Shown here one piece after another: positions 9,037 to 18,728 of a stretch of 64,000 bases of DNA. The notes beneath the pieces were generated by a model. It made no database searches. It saw nothing but the letters and a program-made list of their open reading frames with translations, and was not told the DNA's origin. The position numbers and the translations under genes were made by a program. Every line of letters starts with the position of its first letter. Position 1 is the stretch's first letter. Origin of the DNA: an uncultured Oscillospiraceae bacterium (GTDB taxonomy: Bacteria > Bacillota > Clostridia > Christensenellales > CAG-138); NCBI GenBank assembly GCA_964447605.1, contig CAYUTA010000002.1, positions 15,146 to 79,145 on the forward strand, in the 5' to 3' direction.

Positions 9037-9116
9037 GTCAATGCAGGAACGGCCCGTGCCCGCCCGTCTGTCAAAACAGACGATGGAATGGTACGGGAAA
9101 GCCGACCGCGCCGTTC

Positions 9117-9500
9117 TCAATCGCACACTGCGATGCATTCAATCTCCACAAGCGCATCCATGGGCAGGCGGCTGACCTCAACGCAGCTTCTTGCGGGCGG
9201 CCCGGCGCCAAACAACTTTCCATAAATGGCGTTGACCGCCGCAAACTCGCCCAGATCGGTTAAAAATACGGTCGTTTTGATTACATTTTCCGGCAACAGT
9301 CCCTGGGATTCCAGCAATGCGGCAATGTTTTTGCAGATTTGCTCCGCCTGCTCCCCCGCCGTGGCTCCCGCCATACTGCCCGTTGCCGGGTCGATGGCGA
9401 TCATTCCGGAAAAGAAGGCCAGTCCGCCGGCAATCACGCCCTGCGAATAGGGGCCTATGACTGCCGGAGCCGCGCTGGTCCGGATGATTTGTTTTTTCAT
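9117..9500 (-). CDS. ridA: RidA/YjgF-family reactive-intermediate deaminase
   Basis: 127 aa. APAVIGPYSQG...VKTTVFLTDL...ARSCVEVSRLP is typical of the family. Confidence 0.9.
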   Translation of the reverse strand: MKKQIIRTSAAPAVIGPYSQGVIAGGLAFFSGMIAIDPATGSMAGATAGEQAEQICKNIAALLESQGLLPENVIKTTVFLTDLGEFAAVNAIYGKLFGAGPPARSCVEVSRLPMDALVEIECIAVCD

Positions 9501-9589
9501 TTTCGTTCCTCCCCGCTCAGTCGATGTGATGGGTTCCGCACCGGCAGTACATGCTGTTTTCGCGCGCCCGGCCTGCCCGCCGGGTTGTG

Positions 9590-10423
9590 TTAAAACGCGG
9601 TGTTGACCACCGCGGGCGCCCCCTCAAGCAGCGAGGGATCGAGCATATACTGCTTGAACCGGGCAAAAAACGCCGCATAATAGCTGCCCGAACAGATGCG
9701 CTCGTCGAGCACAACGCCCATCGGCAGGCAGCGTTCATGCACGATTTCACCGCGCGCGCGCCGGGCGACCTCGCGCATGTTGCCGAGCGTAACAAATACC
9801 GACGTGGTGCCGAATTCATAGATATGGTGGAAAATATGGTTGGTCCGGATGCTGGCAAGATTGCTGATGGTCAGGCTGGCATGAAACGGGCTGGCCTTGA
9901 TAATGCTTTTGGGCAGCAGTCCATAGCGGTCCATGAGCTTAAAAAGGCCCACGCCCACATTGACGAGCCCCGGAACGCTCAATAGCGTGGTCATCAGCGC
10001 GTCGGTTGCGTTGGTGTCGCCCGTGCCGCGGTTTTCCGTTACATACGCCTCGATTTTTTGATGCACGGCGTCGATATCGTCCGCCATCTCAAAGTACATT
10101 TTATTCATTGTACCGTCATGCTCGCCGGGCTTGAGCACCACCATCGCAATGGAGAACTCGTTGCGCTGATAGATGCGTTTGTTGGCGATAAACCGGTTAA
10201 TCATCGGGAATTCCGCGGCCGCGCGCAAATATGCCGCCAGCACAACCCCCATGTGCGAATAGCGGTGTCCCTCCTTGCGCTTTGCGTTGAGATACGCCTG
10301 CATAGGCGCAACCGGGATATCCAGCTCGATCATGTTCATCGCATCATAACGGTGCTTGAGAATGTACGGCATGATCGTATACATTGGGTTTGCATCCTTT
10401 ACCCGTCTTCCATCCTGTCTCAT
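9590..10423 (-). CDS. Stand-alone acyltransferase resembling the 2-oxoacid dehydrogenase E2 / CAT catalytic fold
   Basis: 277 aa. The C-terminal LDERICSGSYYAAFFARF resembles the DHR-x-x-DG active-site block of E2/CAT-like enzymes. No lipoyl domain is present. The assignment is tentative. Confidence 0.5.
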   Translation of the reverse strand: MRQDGRRVKDANPMYTIMPYILKHRYDAMNMIELDIPVAPMQAYLNAKRKEGHRYSHMGVVLAAYLRAAAEFPMINRFIANKRIYQRNEFSIAMVVLKPGEHDGTMNKMYFEMADDIDAVHQKIEAYVTENRGTGDTNATDALMTTLLSVPGLVNVGVGLFKLMDRYGLLPKSIIKASPFHASLTISNLASIRTNHIFHHIYEFGTTSVFVTLGNMREVARRARGEIVHERCLPMGVVLDERICSGSYYAAFFARFKQYMLDPSLLEGAPAVVNTAF

Positions 10424-10488
10424 TTTGCTGTTCTTCTCCCTGTCTTTTCGTTCGGTGCGGCGGCAATCCTGCCGGGAACCCGCTTTGT

Positions 10489-13056
10489 TTATGGTTGCCC
10501 CGTGACGGCCGGCGTCCAGTATTTTGCGTTATAGAGGTCGGTCAGCCGGTAGGTCATGCGGTAATTGTCGTTTCCAACCGTCGCGTTGCCGACGACCCAT
10601 TCCCCTGTGGCGCTCATCCGCTCGCCAAGATAATAGGCGTCGCTGTATGTGCCGTCATAGGCATAGTAATCACAAAGGAAATCGATCTGATCGCCGCGCC
10701 TGATCTCAATAAGACCCTTGGCGACCGTATCGGCCGTTCCCTTGTAATCCGGCTGCGCGCCGAGTACAACGCCATATGGATTGGCCTCGTCAAACACAAG
10801 GATGATGTTGACGCGTTCGCCGTTTAACATGGCGGGCACGCGCCCCGTAAAGGCATCGCCGCCGTCTACGTTCGACCGGCTGATGAAATAGTAGGCGACG
10901 ATCTGTCCGTTGAGCGACAGCCAGGTTCCGTCGTATTCCATCACAAGATCGCCGTCTTCGTTCCAGTCCATCACCGTATCGAGGCCAAGATCGATGTACC
11001 CTTCGCCATCGTCAAGGAAGACGTTCTGCTCAAGCGTTTTCACAAACGACCACTGCTCCTCGGACAGCGCGAGCACCATCCGCCCATTTTTTTCCGTCAG
11101 CATCAGGTTGGCAAAGTTGGCGGCGGTTGCCGTTTTGGTAAAATACTGCTTTGAGGCGCCGAGCAGCCCCCTGTTGACCCAGCTGCTGTCCGCATCGCCC
11201 GTCACGGCGGACAGGTCGCGGCTTTGCAGCAGCGTCTCAAGCAGCGCCGACACCATATCCGCCGAGCCATAGGAGGACGCGGAGGAAGAATCCGCGGACG
11301 AGCCGCCGGCCTGTTCAAGCAGGCTGCCCAGCAGGCTGCCGGAGGAATCGCCGAGCAACGAACCGAGCGGATTGCCGCTGCCGCCGGAGACCACGCTGCC
11401 GCCCGCCGCCATCGAGGCAAAGTCGGTAATGCACTTGGCATAGCTGTCGTCGACGCCGATCTTTTGATAGGTCGCCACCGCCGTGCTCACGCTGCGCAGC
11501 GAGTTGTATGGAAAATAGATGGAGAGTCCGTTTGCATGCGAAAGGTTCGCGCCCACGCGGTTATACTTGACGCATCCGCGCAGCGCCCGCGCAAGCGCGT
11601 TGCTCTCTTCGGTATCCAGATTCTCGGCAAAATGAATCAGGTCGATCTGATTGATTTTTTTGCTTGAGGAAAAGTCGCGCGCGCCGCTCCTTGCGTCGGC
11701 GACCAATTGATACTGATCGCCGGCGATCAGATCGCTCGTTGCGATGGAAAACGTTTTAAACGCCCCGGGCACGGTGCCGGAAAGTTCGGCAAGGTCGGTC
11801 AGCGAGAGCGTCGCGCTGCTCTGCGGCGCGGACTGTCGGCTGTACTTGACAAAGTCGTCGATAATCTGCTTGCCGATATCCACCGTGGACATGGAGGCGT
11901 CCTGCGACAGCCGCGTCAGCCAGTTGGTATAGTACCAGCCGGTGCCGGGCTCCGTGGCTTCGGAAGCAATCAGATAGTCGGCGTACTGCTCGCTCACAAG
12001 CGCCGTTTCCAGCCCCGCCATCAGGCACGCGTCAAAGCCGATGAAGTCGAATTTGCATCCGGCCGCTTTGAGCGCGCCGTCAAACGCGTCGAGCGCCATC
12101 GTTCCACTGCCGGTAAACAACTCGTCATAGCCGTATCCGGAGATCGAGCCGCCGCCATGATCCCACATAATGAGCATATAGCGGTCGGCCGGGAAGTTCT
12201 GCCTGCCATAGCGGATAAACTCCGTCAGCGTATCCGCGTCCACCATCGGCTTTTTGCCCACATCGCTTTCCAGCCGCTTCAGACCGCCCGATTTCACCTG
12301 ATAAATCTGGCAGGTACGGTTGCTGACCAGCGAATTTTGCCACTTGGATGCACCGCCCGTTTCTACGAGGATATTGACGTTATCGGAGATGTTCGCGGCG
12401 ACCATCTCCTCGAGATCATACGTCGCCATTGCGCTCTTGCTCTCGAGATCCGCGCCGCACATGTAGATAAGAACGGTCGCAGTGTCGTTCCCGTTTCCGC
12501 GCAAGTTCGTATAACGCCCGCGCGCCGCTTCGTGCACCGTATAATCCGGTTCGTGCGCGTGATACGCCGCATCGGATGCGGTCGAAACCGCCGCCGTACC
12601 GCCGTTGAGGCTGCCAATAAGCTCGCTCAGGCTACCGGGCGCAACCGTGGGCGGGCTTGTGCTCACCGGTTCGGAAATCTCCGTCAGACCGCCTGTTTCT
12701 CCTGAACCATCGTAATCATAACCTGAAAACGGGCCGCTGCCGGAATACATGCGCATCAAAAACCAGACGCCCGCCAGAAGCAGCGCAAGGATGACGATGC
12801 GTTTCAAACAACCGCTTCTGCTGCCGCCGGAACCGCTCGCCGCCTTGCCGATCAGGATTGCGGCAAGGATGCCCAGCAGACCGCCTCCGCCGCCCGCCCG
12901 GCCCCCGCCGGAGCCGCCGCTCCCACCGCCGGAAAAGCCGCCGCCTGTGCCGCCGCCGACCGGGCCGCCTCCAAGTCCGCCGCCGCGCCGGTTTGCATTC
13001 CCGCCGCCGGATACAGTCCGCTTCTGCCGGCCGCCCGGCCTGTTTGTTGGACTCAT
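10489..13056 (-). CDS. Clostripain-family (C11) cysteine peptidase with a Gly-rich N-terminal tail and a TM anchor
   Basis: 855 aa. Contains LIYMCGADLES, MLIMWDHGGGS (catalytic His region) and FIGFDACLMAG (catalytic Cys region). The N-terminus is a poly-Gly/Arg stretch followed by hydrophobic segments. Confidence 0.8.
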   Translation of the reverse strand: MSPTNRPGGRQKRTVSGGGNANRRGGGLGGGPVGGGTGGGFSGGGSGGSGGGRAGGGGGLLGILAAILIGKAASGSGGSRSGCLKRIVILALLLAGVWFLMRMYSGSGPFSGYDYDGSGETGGLTEISEPVSTSPPTVAPGSLSELIGSLNGGTAAVSTASDAAYHAHEPDYTVHEAARGRYTNLRGNGNDTATVLIYMCGADLESKSAMATYDLEEMVAANISDNVNILVETGGASKWQNSLVSNRTCQIYQVKSGGLKRLESDVGKKPMVDADTLTEFIRYGRQNFPADRYMLIMWDHGGGSISGYGYDELFTGSGTMALDAFDGALKAAGCKFDFIGFDACLMAGLETALVSEQYADYLIASEATEPGTGWYYTNWLTRLSQDASMSTVDIGKQIIDDFVKYSRQSAPQSSATLSLTDLAELSGTVPGAFKTFSIATSDLIAGDQYQLVADARSGARDFSSSKKINQIDLIHFAENLDTEESNALARALRGCVKYNRVGANLSHANGLSIYFPYNSLRSVSTAVATYQKIGVDDSYAKCITDFASMAAGGSVVSGGSGNPLGSLLGDSSGSLLGSLLEQAGGSSADSSSASSYGSADMVSALLETLLQSRDLSAVTGDADSSWVNRGLLGASKQYFTKTATAANFANLMLTEKNGRMVLALSEEQWSFVKTLEQNVFLDDGEGYIDLGLDTVMDWNEDGDLVMEYDGTWLSLNGQIVAYYFISRSNVDGGDAFTGRVPAMLNGERVNIILVFDEANPYGVVLGAQPDYKGTADTVAKGLIEIRRGDQIDFLCDYYAYDGTYSDAYYLGERMSATGEWVVGNATVGNDNYRMTYRLTDLYNAKYWTPAVTGQP

Positions 13057-13196
13057 CGCTTCCCAATCCCTCCACGGTCAAAATTTCCAACCGCCGCCCC
13101 GGTCGCCATGTTGCCAGAGCATAAGTAATCATAATATAACATCTTCATAAACTTCCGTCCAGTTGTGGGCGAATGATTTTTGTGATAAACTAAAGT

Positions 13197-14672
13197 ATGT
13201 TTACGCCATATATCGGCCAATTCATACGCAGAGCGTCGGCTTTGTGTATCCTGCCGGCGCTGATTGCCTGCCTGGGCTGTAAAATCTCTCAGCCTGCGCC
13301 GCAGGCAAGCGACGCGCCCATTTTACTGATGCCCGGCGAAGCCGTGCCGGTTTCCGAAACGGCGCAGGCGCCGGAACCTGCGTCGCGGCCGGGCCTGAGA
13401 TACCTGTTTTTATTCATTGGCGACGGGATGGGCGCCAACCAGGCGCTCTGCGTCAACGAGGCGCTCGCACAGCAAAACAAGCCCTCGCTTTGCTTTACAC
13501 GGTTTCCCATCCAGGGCGGGACCGTCACCAACAACGTCCACGGCAAGCTGACCGATTCCGCGGCCGCGGCAACGGCCATCGCCACCGGGCACAAGACCGC
13601 AAACGGCATGCTGGGGCAGGATGCGGAAGGGAACCGCCGCATCACCATCGCCGAGACGCTGCATGCGGCAGGCTACGGCGTCGGCGTTCTGACCACGGTT
13701 TCGCTCGATAACGCCACGCCGGCCGGTTTCTACGCGCACACGGCCGCACGTACGAATTACCGCGAGATCGGGATCGACCTGTTCATCAGCGGCTTCGACT
13801 ATTTCGCCGGCGGCGGGTTCCATGACGGCGCGGATATCGCCGCGCTTGCCGCGGAGTTTTCCTATTCCCTCGCCATTGGCGACGCGGCCGCCGACACGGT
13901 TCCCGCCGGTTTTAAAATGGTGCTTTCCTCCGAAACACTCGCCGACGACCGCGGCATGCCGCTCGCGCTGGATGCGGATGCGGTTCGCGCGGGCCAGCTT
14001 GCCCGTAACCTTACGCGCGGCGTCGAACGGCTGGCAGACGATGGCAAGGGCTTTTTTATCATGGCCGAGGGCGGGCGCATCGACCTCGCCTGCCACTATC
14101 ATGACCCGGGCGGGCTGTATGCCGAGACGCTCGACTTCGACCTTGCCGTGCAGGCGGCGGTCGCTTTTTATGAAGCGCATCCGGAGGAGACGCTCATCAT
14201 TGTGACCGCAGACCACGAAACGGGCGGTTTGGTCCTGGCGGAAGGCGACCGGGCCGCGCTGGCCCGGCAGGCCGTCTCGTGTGACCGGTTCGACAAGACC
14301 CTTGCCGAGCGTTTCAGGGCGGATAAAACCGCTTTCGAGACCGCGTTGCCGGAGATCTGCGCGGCATTCGGCCTCTCGGAACCGACCGACGAGGAGCGGG
14401 CGTATCTCAAGACCGCATACGGGCATACCCTGAGCGGCAAGCTTACCAAGGCGCAGGCGCTCGAGCGCTACGGCGTGTATTCGCCCGTGGCCTCCGCTGC
14501 GGCAAAGCTGGTGGCGCAGCGCGCCGGGCTTTCCTTCAGCACCCATGGCCACAGCAGCGTCAACGTGCCCGTGTACGCGCTTGGCCGGGGCGCGGAGCTA
14601 TTTTCCGGTACGTATGAAAACACCGCAATCGCGGAGAAGATTATGGATCTGGTTGCGCAATTTGGCGCATAA
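13197..14672 (+). CDS. Alkaline phosphatase (PhoA family) lipoprotein
   Basis: Lipobox LIACLGC. Contains FIGDGMG, the active-site Ser in TDSAAAATAIATGHKT, and TADHETGG. Confidence 0.88.
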   Translation: MFTPYIGQFIRRASALCILPALIACLGCKISQPAPQASDAPILLMPGEAVPVSETAQAPEPASRPGLRYLFLFIGDGMGANQALCVNEALAQQNKPSLCFTRFPIQGGTVTNNVHGKLTDSAAAATAIATGHKTANGMLGQDAEGNRRITIAETLHAAGYGVGVLTTVSLDNATPAGFYAHTAARTNYREIGIDLFISGFDYFAGGGFHDGADIAALAAEFSYSLAIGDAAADTVPAGFKMVLSSETLADDRGMPLALDADAVRAGQLARNLTRGVERLADDGKGFFIMAEGGRIDLACHYHDPGGLYAETLDFDLAVQAAVAFYEAHPEETLIIVTADHETGGLVLAEGDRAALARQAVSCDRFDKTLAERFRADKTAFETALPEICAAFGLSEPTDEERAYLKTAYGHTLSGKLTKAQALERYGVYSPVASAAAKLVAQRAGLSFSTHGHSSVNVPVYALGRGAELFSGTYENTAIAEKIMDLVAQFGA

Positions 14673-14770
14673 GCGGCCGGAAACTCTTTGAGCACACCCG
14701 CGTCCGGGGCGGGCGCATATAGCAACGAAAACATTCATAATCCATATGAAAGAAGGCTGGGAGACGTACG

Positions 14771-16435
14771 ATGAAACTGACATTTTTGGGCGCGACGCAT
14801 GAGGTGACCGGCAGCTGCTCCTATTTGGAGGTTGGCGGCAAGCGGCTTCTCATCGACTACGGAATGGAGCAGGGCCGAAACTTTTTTGAAAACAGCCCCA
14901 TTCCCATCCATGCCGCGGAACTGGACGCGGTGCTGCTGACGCACGCGCATATCGACCATTCCGGCATGTTGCCCCTGCTGTATAAATCCGGCTACCGCGG
15001 CGGCGTGCACGCTACACACGCAACCTGCAACCTCTGCGATATCATGCTGCGCGACAGTGCGCACATCCAGGAGTTTGAAGCCGAGTGGCGCAACCGCAAG
15101 GCGCAGCGCAGCGGCGACGAACCCTATGAGCCGATCTATGACATGGAAGACGCGGAGGGGCTCATCTCCCAGCTGATCCCCCACCCTTACAACGAGCGCT
15201 TCACGCTGGTCGACGGCGTTGAGGTCCGCTTTACCGACGCGGGCCATCTGCTCGGCTCGGCCAGCATCGAGCTGTGGCTTACCGAGGACGGCGTGCAGAA
15301 GAAGCTTGTTTTCTCCGGCGACCTGGGCAACGTCAACCAGCCGCTACTCAACGATCCTTCGTGCATTGATGAAGCCGACTATGTGGTGATCGAATCCACC
15401 TATGGCGACCGCGTGCACGAGGCGCCGCCGGATTACGCCGCGGCGCTGTCCGCCGTTTTGCAACGCACCTTTGACCGCGGCGGCAACGTCGTGATCCCGT
15501 CGTTTGCCGTGGGCCGCACGCAGGAACTGCTGTACTTTCTGCGGCATATCAAAAACGAGGGGCTTGTGCGCGGGCACGACGGGTTCGTCGTTTATGTCGA
15601 CAGCCCGCTTGCCATTAACGCAACGCGCGTATTCGTCAACAATGGCGACGCCTGTTACGACAGCGAGGCGCACGCGCTGCTCGAGCAGGGGATCAACCCC
15701 ATCGCCTGCGACAATCTGATTACCACCCAGACCGCAGACGAAAGCAAGACCATCAACTTTGACACGCGCAGAAAGGTGATTATCTCCGCCAGCGGCATGT
15801 GCGAGGCGGGCCGCATTAAGCATCATCTCAAGCACAACCTCTGGGATGCGAACAGCACCATCGTATTCGTGGGGTACCAGGCCGAGGGTACGACGGGCCG
15901 CGCGCTGCTCAACGGCGCGGATAAAATCAAGCTCTTTGGCGAGCAGGTGCGCGTGGGCGCGGAGATTACACAGCTGCCCGGCATCAGCGGGCATGCGGAC
16001 ATCAACGGCCTGACCTACTGGATTGCGCACTATGCGCCCAAGCCGCAAATGGTGTTTGTCAATCACGGCGATGCGGAGGTTTGCGAGGCGTTCAGCGCGC
16101 ACCTGCGCAACGATTGCGGGCTTGCCGTCACCGCCCCCTACAGCGGTGCAATCTATGATCTTGCGCACAACGCCTATGCCTATGAAGCCGTACCCGTACC
16201 GATGGAGGAGCGCCGCGCAAAAGAACCGGCGGCCGGCGAACCGAAGAGCGTCCGACAAGAGACCGGCGGCGCACGGCCCAAAAAGCCCGATCCCGCTTCG
16301 CCATACGCCAAGCTGCTGCTCTCGCTCGAACGGCTTAGCAGGCTGATTCAAAAAGGCGAGGGCCGCTCCAACAGCGAGCTCAAGGCCGTCACGCGGCAGC
16401 TCAACGATATCGCCGCCGAGTGGGAACGCGACTGA
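14771..16435 (+). CDS. MBL-fold / beta-CASP hydrolase (RNA-metabolising family)
   Basis: MKLTFLGATHEVTGSC, HAHIDHSG, and the late motif SGHAD. About 100 aa of charged C-terminal extension. Confidence 0.8.
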   Translation: MKLTFLGATHEVTGSCSYLEVGGKRLLIDYGMEQGRNFFENSPIPIHAAELDAVLLTHAHIDHSGMLPLLYKSGYRGGVHATHATCNLCDIMLRDSAHIQEFEAEWRNRKAQRSGDEPYEPIYDMEDAEGLISQLIPHPYNERFTLVDGVEVRFTDAGHLLGSASIELWLTEDGVQKKLVFSGDLGNVNQPLLNDPSCIDEADYVVIESTYGDRVHEAPPDYAAALSAVLQRTFDRGGNVVIPSFAVGRTQELLYFLRHIKNEGLVRGHDGFVVYVDSPLAINATRVFVNNGDACYDSEAHALLEQGINPIACDNLITTQTADESKTINFDTRRKVIISASGMCEAGRIKHHLKHNLWDANSTIVFVGYQAEGTTGRALLNGADKIKLFGEQVRVGAEITQLPGISGHADINGLTYWIAHYAPKPQMVFVNHGDAEVCEAFSAHLRNDCGLAVTAPYSGAIYDLAHNAYAYEAVPVPMEERRAKEPAAGEPKSVRQETGGARPKKPDPASPYAKLLLSLERLSRLIQKGEGRSNSELKAVTRQLNDIAAEWERD

Positions 16436-16643
16436 ACGGTTCCCCCTTCCCACTGTTCCGGCCAAACTCACAGTTGCGGAACCTGCTCCGTCAATCCCGC
16501 CTTGAAAGTATGCTCAAAACCGGGTGATATTGCCCAAAACGGCGGCATGCGGACCGTTGCGCCCGAAGCGGTCACGGTTTCCATGCACGCCGTTTTATGC
16601 AAAAGCGCCCCGCTTTCCGGCGCAATTCCGCCATGTGTATATC

Positions 16644-16673
16644 TTGACGATATATTCGTTATTTTGATATAGT
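16644..16673 (+). promoter_or_regulatory. Sigma-A-type promoter for the alpha-oxoamine synthase / SDR pair
   Basis: TTGACG, an 18-nt spacer, TATAGT, about 30 nt upstream of ATG 16706 (RBS GGGGAG). Confidence 0.55.
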
Positions 16674-16705
16674 GTATAAGTTAAATTGGGATATGGGGAG
16701 TTGCT

Positions 16706-17881
16706 ATGGATTTATTTGAAAAGCTCGTGCCAAACGAGCTGGCGGCAAAGGCAAAGGAGTTGGGCATTTATCCGTACTTTCATGCGCTGGAATCCCGTCA
16801 GGATATCGAGGTCGTCATGGAGGGCAGGCGGCGCATCATGCTTGGCTCCAACAACTATCTCGGACTGACAGCGCACCCCACGGTCGTCGAGGCCGGCGTG
16901 AAAGCCATCGAGCAATACGGAACTGGCTGCTCCGGCTCCCGTTTTCTCAACGGCACGCTGGACATGCACATCGAACTGGAAACCGAGCTGGCCGAATTTT
17001 TACACAAGGAATCTGTCGTCACCTTTTCAACGGGCTTCCAGAGCAACCTCGGCATCATCAGCGCGCTGGTCGGGCGCAACGATTACGTAATCTGTGATAA
17101 GGAAAACCATGCCAGCATCTACGACGGCTGCAAGCTCAGCTACGGTAAGATGCTGCGTTACCGGCATAACGATATGGACGACCTCAAACGTTGTCTGGAG
17201 CAGGCGCCGGAATCGGCCGGCATCCTGATTGTCACCGACGGCGTGTTCAGCATGGGAGGCGATATTGCCAATTTGCCTGAAATTATCCGGCTTGCGCGGC
17301 GTTATCATGCGCGCGTAATGGTGGACGACGCGCACGGCCTCGGCGTGCTGGGCGACGGCGGCCGCGGTACGGCCAGCCATTTCGGCCTCGAACACGAAGT
17401 GGATCTGTACATGGGCACGTTTTCAAAGTCCCTGGCAAGCCTCGGCGGCTACATGGCCGCAAGCGCGCGCATTGCCGACTTTGTGCGCCACGCATCGCGC
17501 CCGTTCATCTTCTCCGCCTCGTTGACCCCTGCCAACTGCGCCTGCGCGCTGGCTTCGCTGCGCATCCTCAGGGCCGAACCCGAGCGTGTAAAGCGTCTGT
17601 ATGAAATCACAAAATACGTGCAGGCCGGCCTGACGGCGCGCGGCATTCCGCACCGGGGAACAGACGTCCCCATCGTTCCGATCTTTACCTACGAACCGTT
17701 CCGCACGCTGGATATCGCGCGCCAGATGTATGACGCGGGCGTATACGTCAACCCCGCTCTGCCGCCCGCCACGCCCATGACAGAATGCCTGCTCAGGACA
17801 AGCTATATGGCGACGCATACCGACGTAATTCTTGACGAAGCAATGGATATCATGCAGCACGTGCTTGCGGAGAACGCCTGA
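16706..17881 (+). CDS. PLP-dependent alpha-oxoamine synthase, serine-palmitoyltransferase-like
   Basis: 391 aa. Contains GSRFLNGT, FSTGFQSNLGIISALVG, NHASIYDGC, GTFSKS (PLP lysine), RPFIFSASLTP and YVNPALPPATP. Confidence 0.85.
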   Translation: MDLFEKLVPNELAAKAKELGIYPYFHALESRQDIEVVMEGRRRIMLGSNNYLGLTAHPTVVEAGVKAIEQYGTGCSGSRFLNGTLDMHIELETELAEFLHKESVVTFSTGFQSNLGIISALVGRNDYVICDKENHASIYDGCKLSYGKMLRYRHNDMDDLKRCLEQAPESAGILIVTDGVFSMGGDIANLPEIIRLARRYHARVMVDDAHGLGVLGDGGRGTASHFGLEHEVDLYMGTFSKSLASLGGYMAASARIADFVRHASRPFIFSASLTPANCACALASLRILRAEPERVKRLYEITKYVQAGLTARGIPHRGTDVPIVPIFTYEPFRTLDIARQMYDAGVYVNPALPPATPMTECLLRTSYMATHTDVILDEAMDIMQHVLAENA

Positions 17882-17883
17882 TT

Positions 17884-18672
17884 ATGAAAAAAGTAGCAGT
17901 TTTAACCGGCGGCAGCAGCGGAATCGGAAGCGCCACAGCACAGATGCTCTCGGAGGCCGGATATCAGGTTTATGAATTCAGCCGCAGGGGAAGCTCGCGC
18001 GGCAAAATTGTCCATATTACCGCAGACGTAACCGACAGGATCTCCGTTTTCCGCGCCGTCGAGCAGGTGCTTGCCGATGAAGGGCGCATCGACCTGCTGG
18101 TCAACAACGCGGGCTTTGGCATCTCCGGCGCGGTGGAATGCACCGAGCCGGCCGATGCGCGCGCGCAGCTTGAGGTCAACTTCTTTGGCGCGCTCAACTG
18201 CATCCAGGCGGTTCTGCCGGCCATGCGCGTGCAAAAAAGCGGTTGCATCATCAACGTCAGCTCTGTCGCCGCGTCGATTGCCATTCCGTTTCAGGCCTTT
18301 TACTCCGCAACCAAAGCGGCCGTCAATTCCCTCACGCTGTCGCTGCGCAATGAGGTAAGACCGTTTGGCATAAGGGCCTGCGCCGTGCAGCCCGGCGATG
18401 TAAAGACCGGTTTCACCGCGGCGCGGAAAAAGAGCGCGTCCGGCGCGGAAATTTATGGTAACGCGCTTGCGCATGCGGTCGAGGTCATGGAGCACGATGA
18501 GCAAAACGGCATGCCGCCCGAGGCCGTGGCAAGGGCTATCTGCCGCGCGGCGGGCAGCAAAAAACCCAAGGCTTTGTATACCGTAGGCGCGCAGTACAGG
18601 CTTTTTGCGTTCATTGCCAAGGTTTTTCCGGCCACGCTGGTCAATTATCTGGTAGGAAAAATCTATCAGTGA
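17884..18672 (+). CDS. Short-chain dehydrogenase/reductase (SDR)
   Basis: TGGSSGIGS cofactor motif, NNAG, and the catalytic YSATK. Starts 2 nt after the upstream stop. Confidence 0.88.
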   Translation: MKKVAVLTGGSSGIGSATAQMLSEAGYQVYEFSRRGSSRGKIVHITADVTDRISVFRAVEQVLADEGRIDLLVNNAGFGISGAVECTEPADARAQLEVNFFGALNCIQAVLPAMRVQKSGCIINVSSVAASIAIPFQAFYSATKAAVNSLTLSLRNEVRPFGIRACAVQPGDVKTGFTAARKKSASGAEIYGNALAHAVEVMEHDEQNGMPPEAVARAICRAAGSKKPKALYTVGAQYRLFAFIAKVFPATLVNYLVGKIYQ

Positions 18673-18728
18673 CGTTTCTCCTTTGCCGGCCGTTCACAAA
18701 CGCTCAATATCGAAATCCGCAGAGGCCT

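Noticed and set aside
8838-9074. N-terminal 79-aa extension of the galactokinase-family ORF. Analogous extensions occur on dfx (3985-4209), ftsK (45003-45161), the VIT1 gene (52409-52537), the lipoprotein (31000-31101) and the 90-aa protein (55480-55737).
   Set aside because: The track reports the longest ORF, including alternative start codons. In each case an internal start with a good Shine-Dalgarno sequence coincides with where family similarity or a signal peptide begins. The extension overlaps a neighbouring gene or runs through AT-rich non-coding sequence.
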